64,000 nt of DNA from Verrucomicrobiota bacterium (lineage in GTDB: Bacteria > Verrucomicrobiota > Verrucomicrobiia > Limisphaerales > Palsa-1400). Under the pieces are notes generated by a model. The model ran no database searches and had not been told where the DNA came from. It worked only from the letters and a program-made list of their open reading frames with translations. The stretch is taken from NCBI GenBank assembly GCA_049513975.1, contig JBEKVM010000004.1, positions 46,311-110,310 on the forward strand. The letters run 5' to 3'. Below, one piece after another: positions 37,076-46,518 of this stretch. Each line of letters opens with the position of its first letter. Within the stretch, counting starts at the first letter, position 1. A program made the translations under genes and the position numbers.

Positions 37076-38278
37076 TCAGGTGCGGAAGAGGACGTCTTCG
37101 CGTTTGAAGAGGGCCACGGCCACGGCCACGGCCACGGCGGCGTAGAGGCACATGGAAAGGAAAACCACGGCCATGAAGTTCCAATGAAACAGGCCCGACA
37201 TAATTTCGCGTCCGGCCAGACTGACGTTCAACACCGGCACCAGCGCCAGCCGATAATTGAGTTCCACGCCCGGCAGGGCGGCCACCGCCGCCGGGATGAT
37301 GGTGACGATGAGCAAGGGTTGGAGATAGGAGTTGGCCTCCTTGGCGCTGCGGGAATACAAGCCGATGGCCAGCATGGCGCCGGAAAAGAAAATCGCCAGC
37401 GGCAGCATCATCACCATGACGGCGAGCAGGGCGGAGGGATCAATGGTCAGCGGCAACGCATTGCCTTTGGCGGCATCGCCTATCACCTTTTTGAGCAATA
37501 CGAGGGCCGCGCCGTTGGAAACCAAGGAGAGGCAGGCGGTGGCCAGCGACACGGTCAGCACCACCAGTCCCTTCCCCAAAACCAAGTGGGTGCGCGCCAC
37601 CGGGCTGCACAAAAGGGTTTCCATGGTGCCCCGCTCTTTTTCGCCGGCGGTCAAATCAATGGAGGGATAAATGGCGCCGGTCATGCACATGACAATGACC
37701 AGGTAGGGAAGAATCATGCCGATGAGGTTGCCGCTGACTTTGGTGGGCGAGGCGACGTTGGTCTTGCGGATTTCAAAAGGCGTGAGCAGTTTCTCCGGCA
37801 ACTGGTGTTCGGCCAGCCGCTCGCCGACAATGCGGTCGCGCCTGGACCGGAAGAACTGCTCCAGCGACTGCCAGGCGATCATGGATTTGAATTCTCCTTC
37901 ATAGGTGTAAATCGTGACGGCCGTGGCCTCGCCCGCCTGGACGGCGGCATCAAAGTTTGCGGGAAGGCCGATGGCGGCATTGATTTTTTTGTCGGAGATG
38001 AGGTTGGTGAAATCCGGGCTGGGGGGCACGAAGGAGAAGGCGTTGTTGGTGCGCAAGGCGGCCATGGTGGCGGGTGAATCCGCGCCGCCCAGCACCATCA
38101 CCTTGGGGATTTCCTTCTGCATTTTCCCTCCCAGTTTGACGGCAGCCAGGGCCAGGCCGGTCATGAGCAGGGGCATCACGACCACGGGCACGACGATCAT
38201 GGAAATAATGGTGCGGCGGTCACGCAGCAAATCGCGCAGTTCCTTGCGATAGACCAGGGCGATATTGCGGCGGCTCAC
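37076..38278 (-). CDS. natB: ABC-2 permease, NatB-like
   Basis: YRKELRDLLRDRRT, SIDLTAGEKERGTMETLL, RSAKEANSY; GTG 38278 overlaps the natA stop. Confidence 0.87.
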   Translation of the reverse strand: MSRRNIALVYRKELRDLLRDRRTIISMIVVPVVVMPLLMTGLALAAVKLGGKMQKEIPKVMVLGGADSPATMAALRTNNAFSFVPPSPDFTNLISDKKINAAIGLPANFDAAVQAGEATAVTIYTYEGEFKSMIAWQSLEQFFRSRRDRIVGERLAEHQLPEKLLTPFEIRKTNVASPTKVSGNLIGMILPYLVIVMCMTGAIYPSIDLTAGEKERGTMETLLCSPVARTHLVLGKGLVVLTVSLATACLSLVSNGAALVLLKKVIGDAAKGNALPLTIDPSALLAVMVMMLPLAIFFSGAMLAIGLYSRSAKEANSYLQPLLIVTIIPAAVAALPGVELNYRLALVPVLNVSLAGREIMSGLFHWNFMAVVFLSMCLYAAVAVAVAVALFKREDVLFRT

Positions 38279-39012
38279 GGCGTTTCCTCCACCACGCGGA
38301 CGAAAATGTCCTCCAGGTCCTGACAGGCAAAGCGCTCGCGCAACTGCCCCAGGCTGCCTTCCGCCATAATGCGCCCGCGGTGAATGATGGCGATGGTATC
38401 GCAAAGTTTCTCCATCTCGCTCATGACATGGGTGGAGAAAATGACCGTCTTGCCGCGGGCGCGACAATCGCGGATGAAAGCCACCACGGCACGGGCGGCC
38501 AGCACGTCCAGCCCGTGGGTTGGCTCGTCGAAAATCATGACGGGCGGGTCGTGGATGAGGGTGCGGGCGATGGAAACCTTTTGTTTCATGCCTGAGGAAA
38601 GTTTGTCGCAGCGGCCGTCGCGGAAATCGTTCATGTCCAGCGCGGTGAAAAGAGCATCGAGGCGCGGGCGCAAAACGTCATCGCCCAGCCCGTGCAGGCG
38701 GCCAAAGTATTCCACCAACTCGCGGGCGGTGAGGCGTCCGTAGAGAGCGGTGCCGGTGGAGAGGAAACCGATGTGGGCGCGGACTTTCTCGGGCTGAGTG
38801 ACCAATTCGTAGCCGCCGACGGTGGCGGCGCCGGAAGTGGGCTGAAGGATGGTGGCCAGCAGGCGCAGGCAGGTGGTCTTGCCCGCGCCATTGCCGCCGA
38901 GCAGCCCAAAAATCCGGCCCGGCTGGCAACGAAAGCTCACCTGGTCCACGGCGCGGATTTCGCCGCGTTTTTTGTCGCGGAAAATCTTGGTCAGTTGCCG
39001 GGCTTCGATCAT
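38275..39012 (-). CDS. natA: ABC ATP-binding protein, NatA-like
   Basis: GGNGAGKTT, LSSGMKQKV, IFDEPT, IFSTH. Confidence 0.9.
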   Translation of the reverse strand: MIEARQLTKIFRDKKRGEIRAVDQVSFRCQPGRIFGLLGGNGAGKTTCLRLLATILQPTSGAATVGGYELVTQPEKVRAHIGFLSTGTALYGRLTARELVEYFGRLHGLGDDVLRPRLDALFTALDMNDFRDGRCDKLSSGMKQKVSIARTLIHDPPVMIFDEPTHGLDVLAARAVVAFIRDCRARGKTVIFSTHVMSEMEKLCDTIAIIHRGRIMAEGSLGQLRERFACQDLEDIFVRVVEETP

Positions 39013-39692
39013 GGGGTCGTCTCGAAACGATAACCGATGTCGCGGATGGTCTGAATAAAAATCGGATGATGCGGGTCCGCTTCGAGCTTGGCGCGCAAGG
39101 TGGTGACGCAGCGGTCCACGCTGCGGTCGGTGACCACCACCTCCTGGCCCCAGACGGCGTCGAGAATGCCGGCACGGGTGAGGGCGCGGCCGGCGCGCCT
39201 GAGGAAGAATTCCAGCAGCCGGAATTCCTTGGCGGTGAGGACGATCTCCGCGCCGTCGCGAAATAATTTGTGGGCGGCGACATCGAGGCGGAAGGGGCCG
39301 AAGTCATAATCGGCGGAGGCGGCGTCCTGGCGGCGGAGGAAGGCTTTGACGCGGGCGATCAGCTCGCGAATGCTGAACGGCTTGGTCACATAATCATCCG
39401 CGCCCAGTTCCAGGCCGCGCACAATGTCCTCCTCCTGTCCCTTGGCGGTGAGCATGATGATGGGCATGTCCAACTGGCGGGCGCGGGCGGCGCGGCAAAT
39501 CTCATAGCCGTTGACCCTGGGCAGCATGAGGTCCAGCAGGACCAAATCGGGCGGGTCGGCCAGGAGGGTGTCCAGGCCTTTTTGGCCGTTGTTGGCGAGG
39601 CGGACGAGGTAGCCTTGCGTTTCAAAATTGTCCTTCAACCCGCGCAACAGGGCGGGGTCGTCTTCAATAATCAAAATGGTTTGGGGATTCAT
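39009..39692 (-). CDS. OmpR-family response regulator
   Basis: ILIIEDD, LLDLMLP, GADDYVTKPF, RSVDRCVTTLRAKLE, TIRDIGYRF. Confidence 0.95.
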   Translation of the reverse strand: MNPQTILIIEDDPALLRGLKDNFETQGYLVRLANNGQKGLDTLLADPPDLVLLDLMLPRVNGYEICRAARARQLDMPIIMLTAKGQEEDIVRGLELGADDYVTKPFSIRELIARVKAFLRRQDAASADYDFGPFRLDVAAHKLFRDGAEIVLTAKEFRLLEFFLRRAGRALTRAGILDAVWGQEVVVTDRSVDRCVTTLRAKLEADPHHPIFIQTIRDIGYRFETTP

Positions 39693-39727
39693 TTTCGTAT
39701 CTGGTCAGCCGCGGAGGGAGGCCTGGC

Positions 39728-39837
39728 GGAGTGCGCCCGTCCCCGGGCGCAGAAACCCCCGTGCTTGTCCAGCGCCCGGCAAATCCCGACCTGGCCGGGT
39801 TTTTGAGTAATGCTGCGCCCGAGGACGGGCGCACTCC
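39728..39837. repeat. REP-like inverted pair, GGAGTGCGCCCGTCC family
   Basis: 25-bp arms 39728-39752 and 39813-39837; another arm at 48953-48977. Confidence 0.8.
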
Positions 39838-39853
39838 GATATTGACCCGTTGC

Positions 39854-41833
39854 TCATTTTCCAGTCTCCGGTAAATCGCGGGACCCTGCCGCGGGAAGAG
39901 TGATGGTGAAGGTGCTCCCCTGGCCGGGCCGGCTCTCCACCCGCACGCCGCCGTGGTGGGCGGTGACGATGAATTGCACAATGCTCAGGCCCAGGCCGCA
40001 GCCCGAACCGGTGCGGGAAAGATGCGGATCCACCTGGTAAAAGCGTTTGAAAATACGGCGGGTTTCGCCCTCCGGCAGGCCGATGCCGTTGTCCCGGACG
40101 GCGAAAGCGACGCCGCCGTCGCGCGCTTCGGCTGTCAAGACGATTTGTTTTTCCTCGCCGGAATACTTCCAGGCGTTGTCCAGGAGATTGAGCAGGGCGG
40201 TGACCAGGGCGCCGGCATCGGCCAGGACGGGCGGCAGCTCCGGGGGGGCGGCGACGGTGAAGCGGCAGCCTGGGGTGCTGAAGCGTTCGCGGACGGCGGC
40301 GGCGGCGCTGTCAACAATCTGGCGGGCCGGCACGGGCTGGAAGTCGAAGGAGTATTTGTCGCGCTCGATGCGGGAGAAGGCGAGGAAATTATCAATGAGA
40401 TGGCTGAGGCGGAGATTTTCGCGGGCGATGAGCTGGAGATATTCGCGGGCGGTTTTTTCCTCCAGCGCCGGGGCGTTCAGCAAGGTGTCCACGAGCAGGC
40501 GCATGGAGGAAAGCGGGGTTTTCAACTCATGGGTGACATTGGCCACCAGGTCGTTCTTCAACTGGGCCACCGCCATTTGACGGCGCAGCAAACCGGCGGC
40601 GAGCAAACCCAGCGCGATGATCCCGGCCACCGCCAGGACGCCTGTCCAGAGAAGGGTGGCGATGCCCGCGTCCGCCGCCAGGTCCATCTTCCCCTTGTCC
40701 TTCCAGGAAAAGGCGATCTTCCAGTCCGGCATGGTGGGGCCGATGGGGATGGAAAGAAAGGAATCAGCCGTTTCGCCCGGGGCCAACACCATCCCGTTGA
40801 TGCCATCTCCCAAAATTTTATACACGATCGCTTGCTCCAGGTCGCGCAACCTTTTGATATGGATCAGCAAAATCACCTGCCCTTGCGCGGCGGGAAATTG
40901 CCAAACACCCGGCAGCACAGTGGGCCGCCAACCCGCTTGGGGCGGAAAGGCCGGATTGGATTCGAGATAACGCGCGGCGAGGTCTTCGGCGGCGAGGGTT
41001 GGGAACTTGGTTTCCCCCGGAAAGAACTGCTCCAGCCGGTGCATGAGAAAACGCCGCTGGGCCGAAGGCATTTCGCAATGAACATAATCGTTCAGTTGCG
41101 CTTGCATCTGTTTGAAAAGAAGTTTGGCGCGGGAAGGATCCGCGCCAAGCAATAATTCGAGCGCCATCAGTTGGGCGTTGGGCGCAATGAGCCGGCCCTG
41201 GTCGTCGGTCGCGGCCTGAAATTTTTGCCGCGCGAGGGCATTGGTCAACACGTCGAGAGCCGCGTTGGTTTGTTGTGCCTGCATGAGACATCGCCCCTTG
41301 GCCTGAAAAGCGCGCGCCGCCAGGATTTCGTTGGTCGTTGTGTCTGCCAGACTGCCGAAGGCGGCGGCGGCGGCGGCAGGGTCTCCCGCCTCGAGACGTT
41401 GCGCTTCCACCCAGGAAGGGGCCAGCGATTCAGGCGGAGGAGCGACGGCGACTTTGGGGTATTGAACCATGCCAGTAGAATCGAAACAAACCACGGAATC
41501 GAAACCAAGCGTCGCATGGGCCAAATCGGCCACCTGCTTGGAGAAGAAAGCGGCAGGCGCAACATGCGAATCATGCGTGTAATCGTAGCCCAATTCATGT
41601 TTCCTGGACTGCCAGAATTCATCCAAGGACTCCGCTAGGTTGGTGATTTGTCCCCGGTAAGCATCAACAAGCTTTTGCCGGATGGCCAGCCGTTCGTTTT
41701 GCACCGCTTTGTTCATGAACCAGAGCAGGCAAACCGACGGGACGAGCACCACCAGCAACAGCAGCAGCGTCAACCCGCCGCGGCCGGGCCGGTTGACGCT
41801 GAGCGTGAATCTTCTCAGGAAACTTTTCTTCAC
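39854..41833 (-). CDS. Membrane sensor histidine kinase with large periplasmic domain
   Basis: TM, periplasmic region, TM, then VTHELKTPL, NLLDNAWKY, DNGIG, GLGLS. Confidence 0.93.
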   Translation of the reverse strand: MKKSFLRRFTLSVNRPGRGGLTLLLLLVVLVPSVCLLWFMNKAVQNERLAIRQKLVDAYRGQITNLAESLDEFWQSRKHELGYDYTHDSHVAPAAFFSKQVADLAHATLGFDSVVCFDSTGMVQYPKVAVAPPPESLAPSWVEAQRLEAGDPAAAAAAFGSLADTTTNEILAARAFQAKGRCLMQAQQTNAALDVLTNALARQKFQAATDDQGRLIAPNAQLMALELLLGADPSRAKLLFKQMQAQLNDYVHCEMPSAQRRFLMHRLEQFFPGETKFPTLAAEDLAARYLESNPAFPPQAGWRPTVLPGVWQFPAAQGQVILLIHIKRLRDLEQAIVYKILGDGINGMVLAPGETADSFLSIPIGPTMPDWKIAFSWKDKGKMDLAADAGIATLLWTGVLAVAGIIALGLLAAGLLRRQMAVAQLKNDLVANVTHELKTPLSSMRLLVDTLLNAPALEEKTAREYLQLIARENLRLSHLIDNFLAFSRIERDKYSFDFQPVPARQIVDSAAAAVRERFSTPGCRFTVAAPPELPPVLADAGALVTALLNLLDNAWKYSGEEKQIVLTAEARDGGVAFAVRDNGIGLPEGETRRIFKRFYQVDPHLSRTGSGCGLGLSIVQFIVTAHHGGVRVESRPGQGSTFTITLPAAGSRDLPETGK

Positions 41834-43278
41834 TTCACTTTAAAGGAATCCACAATCGCATCGAGCTTGGGACGAAAGGCCTCAAAGTCCTTTGCCGGGA
41901 TCAAAAATTGGAAGGCCGCGGCATGGCTGCCGATGATGGCAGTGACTCCGTAGCCAATTTGGGGTTTCTCGCCGTCCATGTAATCCGCCATCACGCTCAT
42001 GGCCGGTTGTCCTGCCACGGTCCGCTCCTGCCAGCCATCGGCGCGGACTTGGAAGTTTTTATACGTCTTGGCGGCGTCGGCGACCTCTTTTTCGACCAGG
42101 GCGCGGACGGAGTTGGTGGCGGATTTAGGCTCGATGACATCCAGGCTGTTCCAGTCCAGCAGGCAGGTTCCGGTTAATTCGGGGTCCAGCAGCGAGACGG
42201 TCGTCTTCGCCTTTTCCTGCGCCGTCGCACCCATCAGCCAGCCCGCCGGGGCCGTCATGGAGAAGCCCGCCGGATCAACATAATTGACAGCATCGGCGGG
42301 ATTGCGCCGGCGCGTGCCGGTCAATTCCATGATCACGCCGCCCGCCTCGATTTTGACGATGTCGCGCGTCGGGTTGGTGGCAATCCAGAAGACCTGCCCG
42401 ATGTGGAGATCCATTCTGTAGCACGGAAAGGTTCCCGCCGGAACGGTGACCGTTTCCGTCCCGGTCACTTCCAACGGCAGCGGCACAATGGACCCGCCGC
42501 CGAGGCTGGAGAAAACACTGACGGTGGACTTGTAGCCTTGCGCCAGGGGCAAACGCCGGAACAAATGGTATCCCTCTTCATTGTCATAGACCGGGCCGTC
42601 CAAAGGGATCTTGCTGACATCGTCCTTGCCGGCCAGTTTCACCTCCGCATGATCGGGCGAATAAACGGCGTCGGCGTCGCCCAGCAAGGAGTGTTTCCAA
42701 CGGCTGTGCAGCGGCTTCATGGTGCTGGCGTCCACTTCGACGTGGCTGCTTTGCCCGACCATAAGAAAGCCGGTCCGCCAGATTTTTTGGCCGTTCATCT
42801 CCCCCGCATCCGCCGTCCAGGTGCCGAAGCCGATTTTGAGGCCGCCGGCCAGCTTGATGTCGAACCGCTCCTCCTCCCCATCGGCCCACGGGGCGGGGAG
42901 CAGATCGTTGTTGCGCGCCAGGTAATCGCGCGCCAGGGCGACGAGTTCCTTTTGATCGGGATAATCCTTGATCACCGCCTCAAAGGAGGCGGTCGCGGCG
43001 GAATAGCTTCGTTTTTTGTACTGACAGACGCCCAAACGGTACTGCGCCTGCGCCGCCAGCGCCTGGCTGGTCTTGGCCTGCTCGATGACCTGCTGATAAA
43101 GAGCCATCGCGCCGTCGAGGTCGCCTTTGGTCTCCTCCGAATAAATGGCCTTTTCCAGGGTTTCGGAGGGCGAGTCGGCCCGCGCCAATGGCGCGGAGCT
43201 GGTTAGAATTGCAAATGAAAGCAGGGACAAAATTGCTTTTGCCCGGCCCGACAGAGAATAATTTATTTTCATGGGCAA
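41830..43278 (-). CDS. Exported TPR + DUF3108-like + C-terminal domain protein
   Basis: Signal peptide; LEKAIYSEETKGDLDGA and AQAQYRLG..Y TPR; LPLAQGY..VTGTETVTVPAGTFPCY motif. Confidence 0.72.
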   Translation of the reverse strand: MPMKINYSLSGRAKAILSLLSFAILTSSAPLARADSPSETLEKAIYSEETKGDLDGAMALYQQVIEQAKTSQALAAQAQYRLGVCQYKKRSYSAATASFEAVIKDYPDQKELVALARDYLARNNDLLPAPWADGEEERFDIKLAGGLKIGFGTWTADAGEMNGQKIWRTGFLMVGQSSHVEVDASTMKPLHSRWKHSLLGDADAVYSPDHAEVKLAGKDDVSKIPLDGPVYDNEEGYHLFRRLPLAQGYKSTVSVFSSLGGGSIVPLPLEVTGTETVTVPAGTFPCYRMDLHIGQVFWIATNPTRDIVKIEAGGVIMELTGTRRRNPADAVNYVDPAGFSMTAPAGWLMGATAQEKAKTTVSLLDPELTGTCLLDWNSLDVIEPKSATNSVRALVEKEVADAAKTYKNFQVRADGWQERTVAGQPAMSVMADYMDGEKPQIGYGVTAIIGSHAAAFQFLIPAKDFEAFRPKLDAIVDSFKVK

Positions 43279-43294
43279 TAATCTAACCCGCGAT

Positions 43295-43311
43295 TGTTAC
43301 TCAATTATTAC
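43295..43311. promoter_or_regulatory. Putative OmpR-type direct-repeat operator
   Basis: TGTTAC-N5-TATTAC (11-bp period) upstream of the TPR-kinase-regulator operon. Confidence 0.5.
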
Positions 43312-43369
43312 CGCCCCATCCTTTTTTTGTCCATGTTGCGATGGGTTGGGGGTCGTGAAAGGCAGGGTG

Positions 43370-43535
43370 GGCAGTCCTCCCCATGAACCCAAGTGCCTCC
43401 TCTCCCCGTCCCTCTCCCCCGCCAAGCGGGGGAGAGGGTGTCCGCAGGACCGGAGAGGGGGTTCAGGGGATCAAGGCGCGAATCTTTTGGGGAATTCGCT
43501 GCCGCCACGGCGCGCAGCGGAGTGCGCGCCCTACC
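43370..43535. repeat. Mosaic of REP/MITE-like units
   Basis: CCATGAACCC, CCCTCTCCCCC..GGGGGAGAGGG, GGTTCAGGGG and GGAGTGCGCGCCCTACC pieces. Confidence 0.6.
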
Positions 43536-43564
43536 AGCCAAGGCCGGGACGTTGCCTTGGGCTT

Positions 43565-44674
43565 TCACTGCGCAGTGTCCCGTTGCAGGGCCAGCGGGAT
43601 GCGCGCGCCGCCCTGGGTGAAGGTCCCGTCGAGCTTGCCGTCCTTGAGTTCCCCGTCATAGCTGGCGGCAATTCCGTTCCATTCCAAATGCGCTTTGGGC
43701 GCGTCAAATTTCACGCTGCTGGAGGGAACGTGGCCCCCGCCCTGGTCCGGGCTATCCAGCGTTGCGGTGTAAGTTGCGTCCGGCTTTTTCGCGATATTGA
43801 AGACGATGCGCAGTTTGACGGTTTGAATGGCCAGGGTTCCCCGCCAATGACCTTGCAACTCGGCCGGGCTGGCATAGGAGTAATCGGCTTCCGACTCCGG
43901 GGCCGGGGCCGCTTCCGGTTTGGGGCGTTCCAGCTTGAGCGGAAAAGTTTGGCCGCCTTGCGTCCAAGTCCCGGCCAATTGGCTTTGATCGGCATTGAGA
44001 TCGCCCTGGAAGGCCCCGCCGATTTGGTTGAAATTCATTTTGACTGTGGGCGCGTTAAACGACGCCGACGAGGCCGCCAGCGCGGTGACTCCCTGGTCCA
44101 CGCTGTCCATCTCCGCGCGCCAGGCACCGTCGGCATTGGCGCCGATTCTGAATCTCAAGCGCAGGGACATTGGTCCGGCCTGCAAAGTTCCCTGCCAGGC
44201 TCCTTGCGCGCCTGAGCCGGCCTGGTAATCGCTTTCCGCCATCGGCTCGGCCATTTGGTAGGGCGTGTCGGTCCGTTCCAGCGTCAAGGGGACGTTGACG
44301 CCGCGTTGTTTCCAGTCCCCGGACATTTGCCTGCCCGCCGAGTCAACCTTGGCCTCGTAAGTCGCGCCCAGGGACGACAATTCCGCCCTCACCATCGGAT
44401 AATCATAAACGAATTTGCTCACCGGAATGCCGGCAAGGCGCTGGTCAATGCTGTCAAAAGCGGCATGATAGTCGCCGTGGGTTTTGGCAATTTTCAAGAC
44501 CCCCCGCAAGGAGGCTTGCTGGATCTGGAGGGTGCCCTGCCAGGCGCCTTCGATTTTGGGAGCGCGGGCGGCGCGGAGGGCGTGATAAATTTTGGGTGAC
44601 AAGGAGGCCAGCGCGGCCACGATGAGGATGATCGAGGCCACCAGGATGATTTTGTTCAGTTTGGCGGAGTTCAT
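43565..44674 (-). CDS. Membrane-anchored protein with three tandem ~95-aa beta domains
   Basis: N-terminal TM; three copies of G.W.GTL...LR..F.I....Y.A..DS.DQ.....G.W.Q.G...PL.L.R. Confidence 0.8.
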   Translation of the reverse strand: MNSAKLNKIILVASIILIVAALASLSPKIYHALRAARAPKIEGAWQGTLQIQQASLRGVLKIAKTHGDYHAAFDSIDQRLAGIPVSKFVYDYPMVRAELSSLGATYEAKVDSAGRQMSGDWKQRGVNVPLTLERTDTPYQMAEPMAESDYQAGSGAQGAWQGTLQAGPMSLRLRFRIGANADGAWRAEMDSVDQGVTALAASSASFNAPTVKMNFNQIGGAFQGDLNADQSQLAGTWTQGGQTFPLKLERPKPEAAPAPESEADYSYASPAELQGHWRGTLAIQTVKLRIVFNIAKKPDATYTATLDSPDQGGGHVPSSSVKFDAPKAHLEWNGIAASYDGELKDGKLDGTFTQGGARIPLALQRDTAQ

Positions 44675-44739
44675 GGATTGATTTTTGGAAGGCGCGAGGG
44701 ACGATTCCTCCGTTTTCCACGAACACATTGAACCACCTG

Positions 44740-44759
44740 TGTTACCGGATTGTTACCGG
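44740..44759. promoter_or_regulatory. Putative OmpR-type direct-repeat operator
   Basis: TGTTACCGG twice at an 11-bp period (44740, 44751), about 65 bp upstream of the 44674 start. Confidence 0.55.
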
Positions 44760-44788
44760 CTTGTCCGTTTATTGTGACCGTGGCGCTG

Positions 44789-46033
44789 TCAGGATTGGGC
44801 CAGGGAAAGAAACCAGGGCGTCGTCCCCAGCCCGCCCCAACTGGCGGGCTTGTGGTTGGCGAGGAAAACTTTGCGCAGCGTCTCGTCGTAGGGTGTCAGC
44901 GCGGTCCATAAGACGCCGGGACTCTCCTTCCAGCGCGGGTCAACCGCGCCGCCGTCCATTCGTTGAAAGGCCGCGCCCTCCACTTTTTGATTCCACATGA
45001 AATCGCGGTTGGTGGCGATGAGACGGGTCATGTCGTCCTGGTCAAACACCAGCCCGTGCTCGCGGGCGCTGACGATGGCTTCGACATCAACGCCATAGTA
45101 GCCGCCGTTGGGATGGACGCCCACCCAATGTTTGGGCGAGCCGTCGCTCTTGTAATCCCACGGGCCGGCCGGCTCCCAATAATTCCAAACGAAGTATTTG
45201 CCGTTGTCCCGGGTTTTCATGCGTGATTTCATCAGACGAAACCACTTTTCCGCGCGCGTTTTGTAAGCGGGCTTTCGCGTGACATCGTGCAGCGCCAGAA
45301 GCCAGAGGGCGACGGCGTTGGCCTTGTTGTCGGGATGAGAGAAGCCGGCGGCGGGATCCAGTCTTTTGGCGTAGCCGCCGGTCCATTGGCCGGAGGAGGC
45401 GTCCAGGCCAAAGGGCAAAACAATGGAAATAGCGCCGCCGTTGGCCGTGTCGCGCCAGGCGCCGCGCTGGTCCCATTTCAGGAAAACTTGTTCGGAAAGT
45501 TTGAGGTAACTTTCCGCCTTGGCCTGATACTTTGACTGGAGGGCGGGGTCTTTGAGAATTTGGCCGGCCATGCGCGTGACCGGGCGCAGGGCCATGGCCT
45601 CGCCCAGCATGCTGTCGGCGTTGAAAGAGTTGAGCTGGTCGGTGTCCGTGCCCGCCGCATCCCGTTTTGGCCAGCCGATGAAACCATCCGGTTCGGTCAG
45701 GCCGCGACGCACCCAGGAATCCGTCCAATCCACCAGCCGGTCCACCCATTCCGAATCGTGCGTGGCCAGCCAGCCGTAGTAAAAGCCGTTGAGGAAGGGG
45801 CTGATGAGCCAGCCGATTTCCTCGCCCAATTCCTTGTCGCAAGAGCGCGAGCGGGCGTCGTTGCGGATATATCTCTGCCATTGCTCCAGCCACGATTTAG
45901 CCAGGGCCGGTTCGATCCACGGCGGCGCGCCTTGGGCCAACGCCGCCCAGGCCTGGCCGCGGCCCAGAGCCGGCGCGGTGGCCAGGGCAAGGGCTGTGCC
46001 GGATAGGTCCTTGAGAAATCTGCGCCGGTTCAT
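44789..46033 (-). CDS. Tat-exported hypothetical protein (possible alpha/alpha-toroid carbohydrate enzyme)
   Basis: MNRRRFLK twin-arginine signal; Trp/Tyr-rich helical body; function not assignable. Confidence 0.7.
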   Translation of the reverse strand: MNRRRFLKDLSGTALALATAPALGRGQAWAALAQGAPPWIEPALAKSWLEQWQRYIRNDARSRSCDKELGEEIGWLISPFLNGFYYGWLATHDSEWVDRLVDWTDSWVRRGLTEPDGFIGWPKRDAAGTDTDQLNSFNADSMLGEAMALRPVTRMAGQILKDPALQSKYQAKAESYLKLSEQVFLKWDQRGAWRDTANGGAISIVLPFGLDASSGQWTGGYAKRLDPAAGFSHPDNKANAVALWLLALHDVTRKPAYKTRAEKWFRLMKSRMKTRDNGKYFVWNYWEPAGPWDYKSDGSPKHWVGVHPNGGYYGVDVEAIVSAREHGLVFDQDDMTRLIATNRDFMWNQKVEGAAFQRMDGGAVDPRWKESPGVLWTALTPYDETLRKVFLANHKPASWGGLGTTPWFLSLAQS

Positions 46034-46196
46034 GGCGTAATGTGGTGACAGCGACGCCCTGGCGCAAGAAAAAGACAAAAGCTACAGGACAAAAACCTTC
46101 AAAGGCAGGGGCGTCGCGCTACGACGCACGGACGGCGCAGCGCGCCGTCCCCACCCAGGGAAATGAAGAATTTTGTCCTGCCCCCAGCCCGAATCA

Positions 46197-46335
46197 TTAG
46201 CCCGCATATTTCACACTCAGATGGAAGGGCCAACACTGCGCCGCGTGAGGGCACGCGGCCTACCAACACCTCCGACGGCTCCTGTAGGCCGCGTGCCCTC
46301 ACGCGGCGTTTGGAGGTGTGAAATATGCGGGTTAG
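46197..46335. mobile_element. MITE-like element 1
   Basis: TTAG | CCCGCATATTTCACAC ... GTGTGAAATATGCGGG | TTAG: 16-bp perfect TIRs, 4-bp direct repeat, internal CCGCGTGAGGGCACGCGGCCTAC inverted pair. Confidence 0.8.
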
Positions 46336-46518
46336 CGATGTCCTTGCTGACTCACCCAACAGGCGGGCCAGTTTCGGACGAAAGATTCCGTCGGCGGGAC
46401 GCCGACGGCTGCGGTCGGGACGACCGCGCTCCCCGAAAAGCCGCCAATGATCGGGGCACCCAAGAGAAGCTATTTTCCGCGTTTGACTTGAGGGGCGGGG
46501 AAATTTAGACTAAAGGAA

